This document shows, in pieces, positions 1 to 8,086 of a stretch of 64,000 nucleotides of DNA. The DNA is from Candidatus Spyradenecus sp. Lineage in GTDB: Bacteria > Verrucomicrobiota > Kiritimatiellia > RFP12 > DVOR01. The position numbers were made by a program, and so were the translations under genes. Position 1 is the stretch's first letter, and each line of letters starts with the position of its first letter. The notes under the pieces were generated by a model that saw nothing but the letters and a program-made list of their open reading frames with translations, was not told the DNA's origin and did not search any database. The stretch is taken from the NCBI GenBank assembly GCA_045613865.1, contig JAZLBT010000017.1, positions 19,152-83,151 of the forward strand. Reading direction: 5' to 3'.

Positions 1-159
1 CTTATTCGTGGCGGTCGTGTAAAGGACCTTCCTGGTGTGCGTTATCACATTATCCGTGGTTGCCTCGACAGCCTCGGCGTGAATGGCCGTGGCCGTTCCC
101 GTTCCAAGTATGGCGTCAAGAAGGACGCAGCCGCTCAGCAGGGCGGTAAGAAGAAATAA
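1..159 (+). CDS. rpsL: 30S ribosomal protein S12, 3' partial (5' end lies upstream of the window)
   Basis: Frame-1 translation [52 protein letters not shown] matches the conserved S12 C-terminus. The tail is about 8 aa longer than typical S12. The rpsG ribosome-binding site follows immediately. Confidence 0.9.
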   Translation, partial: LIRGGRVKDLPGVRYHIIRGCLDSLGVNGRGRSRSKYGVKKDAAAQQGGKKK

Positions 160-172
160 GGGAGTATAGACA

Positions 173-643
173 ATGGCAAGACGTCGTAGAGCTATCAAGC
201 GTGCCCACATGACCGACCCCCGCTTCAACAGCGAGCTCGTCGCAAAAGTGATCCGCACCCTTATGAAGTCCGGCAAGAAGACCATCGCTGAACGCATCGT
301 TTACGGTGCAATCGAAGAACTCGCCAAGGAAACTGGCAAGGATCCTCTCGAAGTGATGGACGCTGCTATCAATAACATGAAGCCGAAAGTGGAAGTTAAG
401 TCCCGCCGTATCGGTGGTGCTACCTATCCCGTTCCGGTGCCGATCTCCGAAGGTCGTCAGTTGGCCCTCGCTCTCCGCTGGATGGCACAGTATGCCTCTG
501 GTCGCCGTGGTGTTGGTATGCCCCGTGCTGTTGCGCTCGAAATCATCGATGCTTACAACAACACCGGTAACGTGCTCAAGAAGCGCGACGATACCCACAA
601 GATGGCACAGGCCAACAAGGCATTCGCACACTACGCATTCTAA
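173..643 (+). CDS. rpsG: 30S ribosomal protein S7
   Basis: 156 aa, MARRRRAIKR...PRFNSELVAKVI..., canonical S7. AAGGGAG ribosome-binding site 8 nt upstream. Directly downstream of rpsL. Confidence 0.97.
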   Translation: MARRRRAIKRAHMTDPRFNSELVAKVIRTLMKSGKKTIAERIVYGAIEELAKETGKDPLEVMDAAINNMKPKVEVKSRRIGGATYPVPVPISEGRQLALALRWMAQYASGRRGVGMPRAVALEIIDAYNNTGNVLKKRDDTHKMAQANKAFAHYAF

Positions 644-670
644 TTTGGTTGCGTAAATGCGAAACGAAAA

Positions 671-700
671 AGCCACGCCCACGCGTGGCTTTTTTATTTT
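671..700 (+). terminator. Rho-independent terminator after rpsG
   Basis: Perfect 8-bp stem AGCCACGC / GCGTGGCT with a 4-nt loop, followed by TTTTTTATTTT. No fusA/tuf follows. Confidence 0.8.
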
Positions 701-783
701 GTCGAACGTTGTTGGGCCTTTTAGGATGTTGTTGTCGAACGTTGTTGGGCCTTTTAGGATGTTGTTGTAGAGGGTGGTAGAGG
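700..783. repeat. Tandem direct duplication (2 x 32 bp) followed by 2 x 10 bp (GTAGAGGGNG)
   Basis: TGTCGAACGTTGTTGGGCCTTTTAGGATGTTG occurs twice back-to-back, then GTAGAGGGTG GTAGAGGGAG. Intergenic, upstream of the helicase gene. Confidence 0.8.
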
Positions 784-909
784 GAGTGGCTTGATTTGAA
801 ATGTTTGAGGGGATGTTTTCGCGTGGGTTGCGTTTAAGAGTGAATGTGTTTGACGTGCTCTACGGCAGAGATTGCGGTGTGTATAATTTTTTGATATAAT
901 ATATGTATT

Positions 910-2838
910 ATGATTGAGTGGGAAAAACGATTAAATCCAGAGCAGTTAGCAGCAGTGACTGCACCGGAGGGTCCGGTGTTGGTTTTGGCTGCTGCAGGTA
1001 CAGGCAAGACGCGGACGTTAACGCATCGTGTGGCATGGTTGACTGAGCAAGGGGAGGATCCGTCTCGGATTCTTCTATTGACGTTTACAAATCGTGCTGC
1101 GAGGGAGATGTTGGAGCGTGCTGAGGCATTGGTGGGTTCGCGTGCTGGTACGTTGTGGTCGGGAACGTTTCACCATGTGTGTCATCGTATCTTGCGACGT
1201 CATGCGCGTGAGGTGGGATTTACAACGTTATTCACGATTCTTGATCGAGATGATTCGTTGAGTCTGTTGAAGAAGGTGATGAAGTCGTTTGAGTTAGCAA
1301 AGGATTTCCCGAAGAAGGAGGTCGTGCAATCGCTCATTAGTCAGCAGGCGCAGGATTTGGAGCTGTCGATGGCGGATGTGCTCGATGGCTCGGATATTCC
1401 AATTGAGTTTCATGAGACGTTAACAAAGATTGCCGCGCAGTATGAGGTGCTTAAGCAGGATCAGAATGCGTTTGACTTTGACGATTTGTTGGTTTATACA
1501 TTGCGTTTGTTAAAGGAGAATCCGCAGGTTCTCGCGCATTACGCTGAACGTTTTCGTCATGTGTTGGTCGATGAGTTTCAGGATACAAATCGCATTCAAG
1601 CGCAGTTGGTGGATTTGCTTGCCTCGCATCATCGCAATGTGATGGCAGTGGGGGATGATTTTCAATGTATTTATTCGTGGCGCGGGGCAGATTTCCGTAA
1701 TATTATGGATTTCCCCGAACGTTGGCCAGGTTGTCAGATTATTAAGTTGGAGCGGAATTATCGCTCTGTGCCGCCGGTATTGACATTGGCTAATGCCTCG
1801 ATTGCAGGGAACAAGGATCAGTTCCAAAAGACGTTGTTGCCGACACGTGAGGGGGGGCGATTGCCGTTGATTGCGTATTTGCATGATGCACAAGAGCAAG
1901 CGCAGTTGGTGTTGCGTCAGATTCAACGGGCGTTTAATGCGGGATATCGTCCACAGGATATTGCCGTTTTATATCGGTCGCATTTCCATGTGATGGAGTT
2001 GGAAATGGCATTGCGGCGTCAGCAGGTGAATTATGAGTTGACGTCGGGGCAGGGAATTTTTGAGAGTGTGCATGCAAAAGATGTGGTGGCCTATTTGAAG
2101 ATGGCATCAGGGCATGCAGATGCGTTAGCCTTTACGCGAATGATGGGACTCTTGCCAAGTGTTGGAGAGAAGACGGCAGAACGTCTTTGGAGTAAGATGG
2201 GGGGTGCATTTGATGCCTCACGCGAACAAGATCGTTTGAAGTTGACGTCGTTGATGCCTGCGAAGGCGAAGGCTGATTGGCAGATTGTTGATGGATTGCT
2301 CGCGCAGTATTGGGAAGAGGATTTGACGCATCACGGAAATCGCGCGGTCATGCAGTTCTTGGACGGATGGTATGAGAAGTATTTGATGCGAAGCTTCGAT
2401 AATGCGGAGGATCGCGCGAATGATATTTCCGCAATTGCAGCAATGATTGATCGTGGTCGTGATGTTGCGGAGTTTCTCGCCGAGGTGGCGTTGATGACGA
2501 ATTTAGAGGCCGAAGAGGTTTCTCAACGTGCGGATATGCCTCCTGGGGTTCGGTTGTCTACGATTCATCAGGCGAAGGGCTTGGAGTGGCCAGTTGTTAT
2601 TTTGCTGTGGTGTAATGAGGATATGTTCCCTTCGGCAAAGGCCTTGCAAGAAGGAAATGAAGCGGAGGAACGGCGACTTTTCTATGTGGCATTGACACGT
2701 GCAAAAGATGAATTGCTCTTGTGTGTCCCTTCATCTCGTCGATTGCCAGGAAATGGGAATACGCTCTATTTGCGACCTTCGCGCTTTGTGAAGGCTTTGC
2801 CAGCAGAAGGATACACGAAACGTTATGGGGTGTATTGA
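910..2838 (+). CDS. ATP-dependent DNA helicase, UvrD/Rep/PcrA family
   Basis: 642 aa. Walker A AAGTGKTRT, DEFQD motif, UvrD-type C-terminal block (VRLSTIHQAKGLEW). Extended -10 TGTGTATAAT about 20 nt upstream and an AT-rich leader with no clear ribosome-binding site. Confidence 0.85.
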   Translation: MIEWEKRLNPEQLAAVTAPEGPVLVLAAAGTGKTRTLTHRVAWLTEQGEDPSRILLLTFTNRAAREMLERAEALVGSRAGTLWSGTFHHVCHRILRRHAREVGFTTLFTILDRDDSLSLLKKVMKSFELAKDFPKKEVVQSLISQQAQDLELSMADVLDGSDIPIEFHETLTKIAAQYEVLKQDQNAFDFDDLLVYTLRLLKENPQVLAHYAERFRHVLVDEFQDTNRIQAQLVDLLASHHRNVMAVGDDFQCIYSWRGADFRNIMDFPERWPGCQIIKLERNYRSVPPVLTLANASIAGNKDQFQKTLLPTREGGRLPLIAYLHDAQEQAQLVLRQIQRAFNAGYRPQDIAVLYRSHFHVMELEMALRRQQVNYELTSGQGIFESVHAKDVVAYLKMASGHADALAFTRMMGLLPSVGEKTAERLWSKMGGAFDASREQDRLKLTSLMPAKAKADWQIVDGLLAQYWEEDLTHHGNRAVMQFLDGWYEKYLMRSFDNAEDRANDISAIAAMIDRGRDVAEFLAEVALMTNLEAEEVSQRADMPPGVRLSTIHQAKGLEWPVVILLWCNEDMFPSAKALQEGNEAEERRLFYVALTRAKDELLLCVPSSRRLPGNGNTLYLRPSRFVKALPAEGYTKRYGVY

Positions 2839-2839
2839 G

Positions 2840-3472
2840 ATGGTAAAGGTTGTATTTCTTTGTTGTTTGCTTTTGTTGATGCGTGTGACGGGATTGGCTA
2901 CGTCGATGACGTTGGTTGCCATGCAAACAGATGTTTCATTGTCGCTTTCGATTGAACAAGAGGTGGAGGAGAGTATTGCTCGCGGTCAGCGTTGGCTAAA
3001 AGGACAAGGCGTAACGTCAATTGCGGGGATAGATGATGACGTTTATAAGACTTTAATCTTTTCGTCTCAGTCGATGGTAGAAGTATCTCCTGCGGCATGG
3101 GCAAGTTTTACATCTGCCGTTGAAAAGGTTGATGCACGTGCAAAGTCACGATACGATGCAATCACTAAGGCTTTGAATGAAGGTACGTTGGAAACATTGT
3201 CATGTATGCCATCTGAACTTTATGCCTATGTGCAATGTGATTTATTTCCGAAGTGTGTGCACGCAAAGTTCCCGAAGGAAGCGCCAATTCAGTGGCGTAC
3301 ACAACTTGCCTTGTATCTCGTGACATCCCAACAAATGGATGCAAAAGGGGGCTTTTGGCAAGCAGGCTCGCGAGAGGAGTCATTTTGGGCAGTATTGCTT
3401 TTACGATTATTGATTTATCGCCAGCCTGCATTGTTGCCGGTGGTTGAAGGTGTTAATGGGTTGGAGGAATGA
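2840..3472 (+). CDS. Hypothetical secreted protein
   Basis: N-terminal signal-like segment MVKVVFLCCLLLLMRVTGLATS. No recognisable domain. First gene of a tightly packed five-gene block. Confidence 0.5.
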   Translation: MVKVVFLCCLLLLMRVTGLATSMTLVAMQTDVSLSLSIEQEVEESIARGQRWLKGQGVTSIAGIDDDVYKTLIFSSQSMVEVSPAAWASFTSAVEKVDARAKSRYDAITKALNEGTLETLSCMPSELYAYVQCDLFPKCVHAKFPKEAPIQWRTQLALYLVTSQQMDAKGGFWQAGSREESFWAVLLLRLLIYRQPALLPVVEGVNGLEE

Positions 3473-3473
3473 G

Positions 3474-4535
3474 ATGCGTTTACGCTCATTAGATCTTTTA
3501 CGAGGAAGTGTGATGTTGTTATTGACGGTGGTACAGCCGTTGATTATGGCATTTGCTGCGTGGATTCCGCTTGGTGATTGGACGGTGGCGTTGTCACATG
3601 TTGAGTGGGAAGGACTTCGTCTGTGGGATTTGGTGATGCCGTGTTTCATTTTCATGTGCGGAGCATCCGTGCCGTATGCGTTGCCGAAGTATTTGGAAGC
3701 GGGACGCCCAACGCAAACGTTTTGGAGGCATCTCTTAAAGCGTGTGGCCATTTTGTGGGTGTGGGGGCTTATTATTCAAGGGAATGCGCTTTACCTTGAT
3801 TGGGAATATCTTTATTTTTACACGAATACCTTGCAAGCAATTGCCGCAGGTTATGTGATTACGGTGTTGGTCTATTTAGCACCGCGTATGTGGATTCGCT
3901 TTGTTGCACCTTTTGCATGTATGGCGCTTTATGGAAGTTTGCTTGCGTGGTGGGGTGATTATTCAATGACGGGTAATTTGGCCTATCACGTAGAAACGAT
4001 GGTTTTCCCTGGTGGACATGGCGATCCGAAGTATACATGGGTGCTTACAACATTGATGTTTGGTGCGATGACACTCTTAGGGGCAAACGTAGGCGAGATT
4101 CTTAAGGGGGCGGGTGCGTGGTTGCGTAAGGCAATCTTTCTTGGGCTTGGAGCGGTTGCATTATTGCTCGGCGGCTGGATCCTTGCTGCGTGGGTTCCGG
4201 TAATTAAGCCGATTTATACCGTGAGCTTTACATTGATGGCGATGGGATGGTCGCTGCTCGCTTTGACATTGCTTTATGCTGTCGTTGATGGTTTACAGAT
4301 CTGTCTTGGCTTTGGATGGGTGATAATGTTTGGTCAGTATGCGCTCGTGGCTTATGTTGCGGGATGTTGTTTGATGCCGACATTTCAAACCTTTGGTAGT
4401 GGATTGACGTGCTCGGTGGCTCATCATTTCGGTCAACAAGCGGGAACGTTTGCAATGCAGCTTGTTGCAATCCTTCTACTTATAGGTTTTGTTTTTTGCT
4501 GGAAGACATTGAAAGAACGTGGAGGTCGCTCATGA
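3474..4535 (+). CDS. Membrane acyltransferase of the DUF1624 / heparan-alpha-glucosaminide N-acetyltransferase (HGSNAT)-like family
   Basis: GGAGGAATGAGATG ribosome-binding site and start. N-terminal RLRSLDLLRG motif typical of DUF1624, and about 10 predicted transmembrane segments. Its start abuts the upstream stop. Confidence 0.6.
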   Translation: MRLRSLDLLRGSVMLLLTVVQPLIMAFAAWIPLGDWTVALSHVEWEGLRLWDLVMPCFIFMCGASVPYALPKYLEAGRPTQTFWRHLLKRVAILWVWGLIIQGNALYLDWEYLYFYTNTLQAIAAGYVITVLVYLAPRMWIRFVAPFACMALYGSLLAWWGDYSMTGNLAYHVETMVFPGGHGDPKYTWVLTTLMFGAMTLLGANVGEILKGAGAWLRKAIFLGLGAVALLLGGWILAAWVPVIKPIYTVSFTLMAMGWSLLALTLLYAVVDGLQICLGFGWVIMFGQYALVAYVAGCCLMPTFQTFGSGLTCSVAHHFGQQAGTFAMQLVAILLLIGFVFCWKTLKERGGRS

Positions 4536-5704
4536 CACGTTTAAAGTGGTTGATTTTGGGTGGCATTTTTCTAGTCCTTCTTGGATTGGCTATTGGGGCA
4601 TGGTTGTGGTTTCGATCAACGCCAGAATTAATAATGCCGAAAGCCCCTGCACAACAAGTGCCGGCGCCGATAGTGTCGCAGTTTTTTGATGCGTCGCTTT
4701 CGGTGAAAGAGCGAGAGACAATGTTGCTCGCGATGCTTGAGGAGATGAATAATCCATTGCGTGCAGAACGTTGGATGGCGCGCGGTGATGCTTTGGCACG
4801 AAAAGTGCCTCAAGCAGCATTGGAGTGGTGGCTTGTGACATCTGCAAATACGTTTTGGCCAGCGGCAGATTTTGCTGTTGGCTGTGCGGCGCTTGAAGGT
4901 TATGGAATGCCGTATAATCGTGTTTTGGGAGAGGGAATGCTTTCGCGTGCAGTAACGTTTGGTTATGCACCTGCTTATTTGCGGCGAGAGTTATTACGTC
5001 GGGCAGCTGATTTGCCTCAGCTTTTTACTCCGAAGTCGGGAGAGGATTTCTTCTATCAAGGGCTTTATTTTGCTGCTGGCTATTATCGCGAGGTGTCGAT
5101 TGAGCAAGCAAAGGAAGCATGGACGCGCGCAATGGAATTGGAGCATGTAGAGGGGACGCTCTTCTTGGCATTCCAGTATTGTCGCGAGGGAGATATTGAA
5201 CAAGCAAAGGTATTGCTTGAGAAGATTGTAAAGGTTTCTGCTCCTGCAAAGTTGTGGCTTGCACGTTTATTGTTGGAGAATGAACAGGATGAAATGGCGC
5301 GGAAGCGTGCATTTGACTTACTGTGTTCGGTGTGCGAGGATGCGGAGTGTGGGGCAGACGCCGCTCTTTTACTTGGATGGTTGACGTTGAAATACGAGAT
5401 TGAGGGGGCGGAGACGCCTGCGGTCTATTTTAAAGCTTCGACAAAAGATGGTCACCCAATTGGGTATTTTATGAATGGCGTGTGTTGTTTTTATGGATTG
5501 GGTGGAGCTGTAAAGTCGACCTCCCTCGAGACGATTGCGAGTTTGCGATTAGCGGCGAATTTAAGAGTTGTAAATGCGCTATTTATGCTCGCTCATATTT
5601 ATGCCGAGGGTGAGGGTGTTGAACGTGATGATTGGACATCATTTAGCTATCAGCAACAGGTGAAAAAGATATTGGATGGTTTGCAACCGGAGGAGGGACA
5701 ATGA
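4532..5704 (+). CDS. Membrane-anchored Sel1/TPR-like repeat protein
   Basis: GGAGG ribosome-binding site and ATG overlapping the upstream stop. N-terminal transmembrane segment (WLILGGIFLVLLGLAIGAWLWF) followed by degenerate Sel1-like repeats (EQAKEAW..., GDIEQAKVLLEKI). Confidence 0.5.
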   Translation: MTRLKWLILGGIFLVLLGLAIGAWLWFRSTPELIMPKAPAQQVPAPIVSQFFDASLSVKERETMLLAMLEEMNNPLRAERWMARGDALARKVPQAALEWWLVTSANTFWPAADFAVGCAALEGYGMPYNRVLGEGMLSRAVTFGYAPAYLRRELLRRAADLPQLFTPKSGEDFFYQGLYFAAGYYREVSIEQAKEAWTRAMELEHVEGTLFLAFQYCREGDIEQAKVLLEKIVKVSAPAKLWLARLLLENEQDEMARKRAFDLLCSVCEDAECGADAALLLGWLTLKYEIEGAETPAVYFKASTKDGHPIGYFMNGVCCFYGLGGAVKSTSLETIASLRLAANLRVVNALFMLAHIYAEGEGVERDDWTSFSYQQQVKKILDGLQPEEGQ

Positions 5705-6498
5705 AACATTGTTTGACAGGTGCATTATGGGGAGATATTTGTGGTGCACCCTATGAGTGGCATGCAGAAAGGGATGTGAATCGCGTTTCATTAGCACATC
5801 CTAAACGACGTTTTACGGATGATTCGGTTTTGACGCTTGCAATTGCAAAGGCAATATTGGAGAAGCGTCCTTATCGGGATACAATTTTTGAACTTGCTAA
5901 TCAATATCCGCATGCGGGTTATGGGCGTTCGTTTGCGTCTCTTTGGATTGAAGAGAAACGGCCAGAACCATATAACAGTTATGGTAACGGGGCGGCAATG
6001 CGCGTTTCACCGATTGCATGGGCATTTAATACAATGGATGATGTGATGCGTGAGGCGGCAGCAAGTGCGGCGTGTTCACATAATCATCCAGAAGGTATTC
6101 GTGTCGCACAAGCAACAGCGGTAGGAATTTTTCTTGCACGTAAAGGTCAGGACAAGGAAGAGATTGTTGACGCGATTGAAGAGGTTTTTGAAATACCTAT
6201 CTTGCGTTCGCTTGAAGCTGCGCGCGAAGATGAAGCTGCGCGTGGATTTGATTGTACGTATCGGTCTGTTCCAAATGCGTTTACGACGTTTTTATGTACG
6301 GAGAGTTTTGAGGCATGTTTGCGTGAGACAATCGCACTTGGTGGGGATGCCGATACGCAGGCTTCAATTGCGGGCGCACTTGCTGAAGCCTATTATGGTC
6401 CTGATGAAACAATTGCGGCACAGTTACCAACGTTCCTTACTCCAGAATTGATGAAGGTGTATCGAGCCTTTGCTGAGAAGTATGGTTTAAGTGTTTAG
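5701..6498 (+). CDS. ADP-ribosylglycohydrolase (ARH/DraG) family protein
   Basis: 265 aa. DDSVLTLA, GNGAAMRVSPIA and GGDADTQASIAGALAEAYYG motifs of the ARH fold. Four-nt overlap with the upstream gene. Confidence 0.8.
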   Translation: MKHCLTGALWGDICGAPYEWHAERDVNRVSLAHPKRRFTDDSVLTLAIAKAILEKRPYRDTIFELANQYPHAGYGRSFASLWIEEKRPEPYNSYGNGAAMRVSPIAWAFNTMDDVMREAAASAACSHNHPEGIRVAQATAVGIFLARKGQDKEEIVDAIEEVFEIPILRSLEAAREDEAARGFDCTYRSVPNAFTTFLCTESFEACLRETIALGGDADTQASIAGALAEAYYGPDETIAAQLPTFLTPELMKVYRAFAEKYGLSV

Positions 6499-6520
6499 TT
6501 TGTAGAAAGAGGATTTTTAA

Positions 6521-8074
6521 ATGAATCGAAGGGCGTTTTTGAAGATGATGGGTTTGGGTGCACTGATGGTTGCGCGTCCAAACGTTTTGCGTGCATGTGA
6601 GGCTGTGAATGTACCACGACGAGTACCACGTAATATTGTTTTAATCCTCGCAGATGATGTGGGGTATGGTGATATGAGTTGTTATGGCACAACGCCGAAT
6701 TTGACTCCTTTTATTGATGAATACGTGAAACGAGGTGTGCAGTTTATGGATGCACACGCGACGGCTGCAACGTGTACGCCTTCACGTTTCTCGTTGTTTA
6801 CAGGGGAGTATGCGTGGCGCCATCCTGGATTAATGGTTGCGCAAGGCGATGCCGCATTATTGATTCGTAAAGATGTGGTGACATTACCGAAATTGATGCA
6901 AGCATCAGGGCGTGTGACTGGCGCAGTAGGAAAATGGCATCTTGGACTCGGTACAGGCCCTGGAAAGACGGATTGGAATGGTGAGATTGCACCAAATGCC
7001 AAGGATGTTGGCTTTGATTATTCCTTCTTGATGGCTGCGACAGCAGATCGTACGCCATGTGTTTATGTTGAGAATGATCGTGTGGTGGGAGCAGATCCCT
7101 CAGATCCGATTGAGGTAAGTTATCGACACAATTTTGAGGGCGAGATGGATGGTGTACGTGATCGCGCCTCGCTCAAGATGGATTGGGATTATGGCCATAA
7201 TCAAGCGGTTGTTAATGGCATCGGTCGCATTGGTTATATGAAGGGTGGAAAGGCCGCACGTTGGATTGATGAGGATATGGCAGACGTTTTTGTTGAAAAG
7301 GCGAATGCTTTTATGGAGAAAAACAAAGATAAGCCCTTTTTCCTCTACTTAGGTACGAATGATATTCATGTGCCACGTGTTCCTCACCCACGATTTGTTG
7401 GATTAACACCATTTGGCCCTCGTGGGGATGCGACACGGCAGTTTGATGATACCGTGCGTCGTGTTGTTGAGAAGTTGCAGGCGCTTGGAATAGAGGAGGA
7501 AACGCTAGTTATTATTTCCTCTGATAATGGTCCAATGGTTAATGATGGTTATAAGGATCAAGCGGTTGAGAAGCTCGGAGATCATCGTCCTTCAGCACAT
7601 TGGCGTGGTCATAAGTATACGCCATATGAAGGCGGTCATCGTGTGCCGTTTATTGCAGTTTGGCCAGCTGTATTAGACGGTGGTCATCGTAGCCATGCGA
7701 TGCTTTCGTTGGTGGATATGGGGGCGACTTTAGCATCGCTTGTTGGAGTTCCGTTGCCGAAGGGCGCATTGCCAGATTCGTTTGATCAAAGCGCACTTTT
7801 CCTCTCGCCAACCGCGAGCTCTACACGTACTTCAATTCTCGCACAGAATTATCAACTTAATTTGCGTGACCAACATTGGAAGTATATTGTGCCACGTGCA
7901 GAAGGAGATTATCCTAAAGGTGGAAAGGATCCTTTAAAGGGAGAACTTTATAACCTTGATGCAGATCCGAGTGAAACGTTGAATGTTGTGAATCGTTTTC
8001 CAGAGCAGGCAAAGAAGATGTATCAAGCCGTCTTGAAGGCTGTTCAACAAGGGTATACGCGTCCTAATTTTTAA
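6521..8074 (+). CDS. Arylsulfatase (Cys-type sulfatase) with Tat-like signal
   Basis: 517 aa. MNRRAFLKMMGLGALMVA signal resembling a twin-arginine signal. ILADDVGYGD and C-T-P-S-R formylglycine motif. GTNDIHVP block. Confidence 0.9.
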   Translation: MNRRAFLKMMGLGALMVARPNVLRACEAVNVPRRVPRNIVLILADDVGYGDMSCYGTTPNLTPFIDEYVKRGVQFMDAHATAATCTPSRFSLFTGEYAWRHPGLMVAQGDAALLIRKDVVTLPKLMQASGRVTGAVGKWHLGLGTGPGKTDWNGEIAPNAKDVGFDYSFLMAATADRTPCVYVENDRVVGADPSDPIEVSYRHNFEGEMDGVRDRASLKMDWDYGHNQAVVNGIGRIGYMKGGKAARWIDEDMADVFVEKANAFMEKNKDKPFFLYLGTNDIHVPRVPHPRFVGLTPFGPRGDATRQFDDTVRRVVEKLQALGIEEETLVIISSDNGPMVNDGYKDQAVEKLGDHRPSAHWRGHKYTPYEGGHRVPFIAVWPAVLDGGHRSHAMLSLVDMGATLASLVGVPLPKGALPDSFDQSALFLSPTASSTRTSILAQNYQLNLRDQHWKYIVPRAEGDYPKGGKDPLKGELYNLDADPSETLNVVNRFPEQAKKMYQAVLKAVQQGYTRPNF

Positions 8075-8086
8075 GAGAAGTCGATT

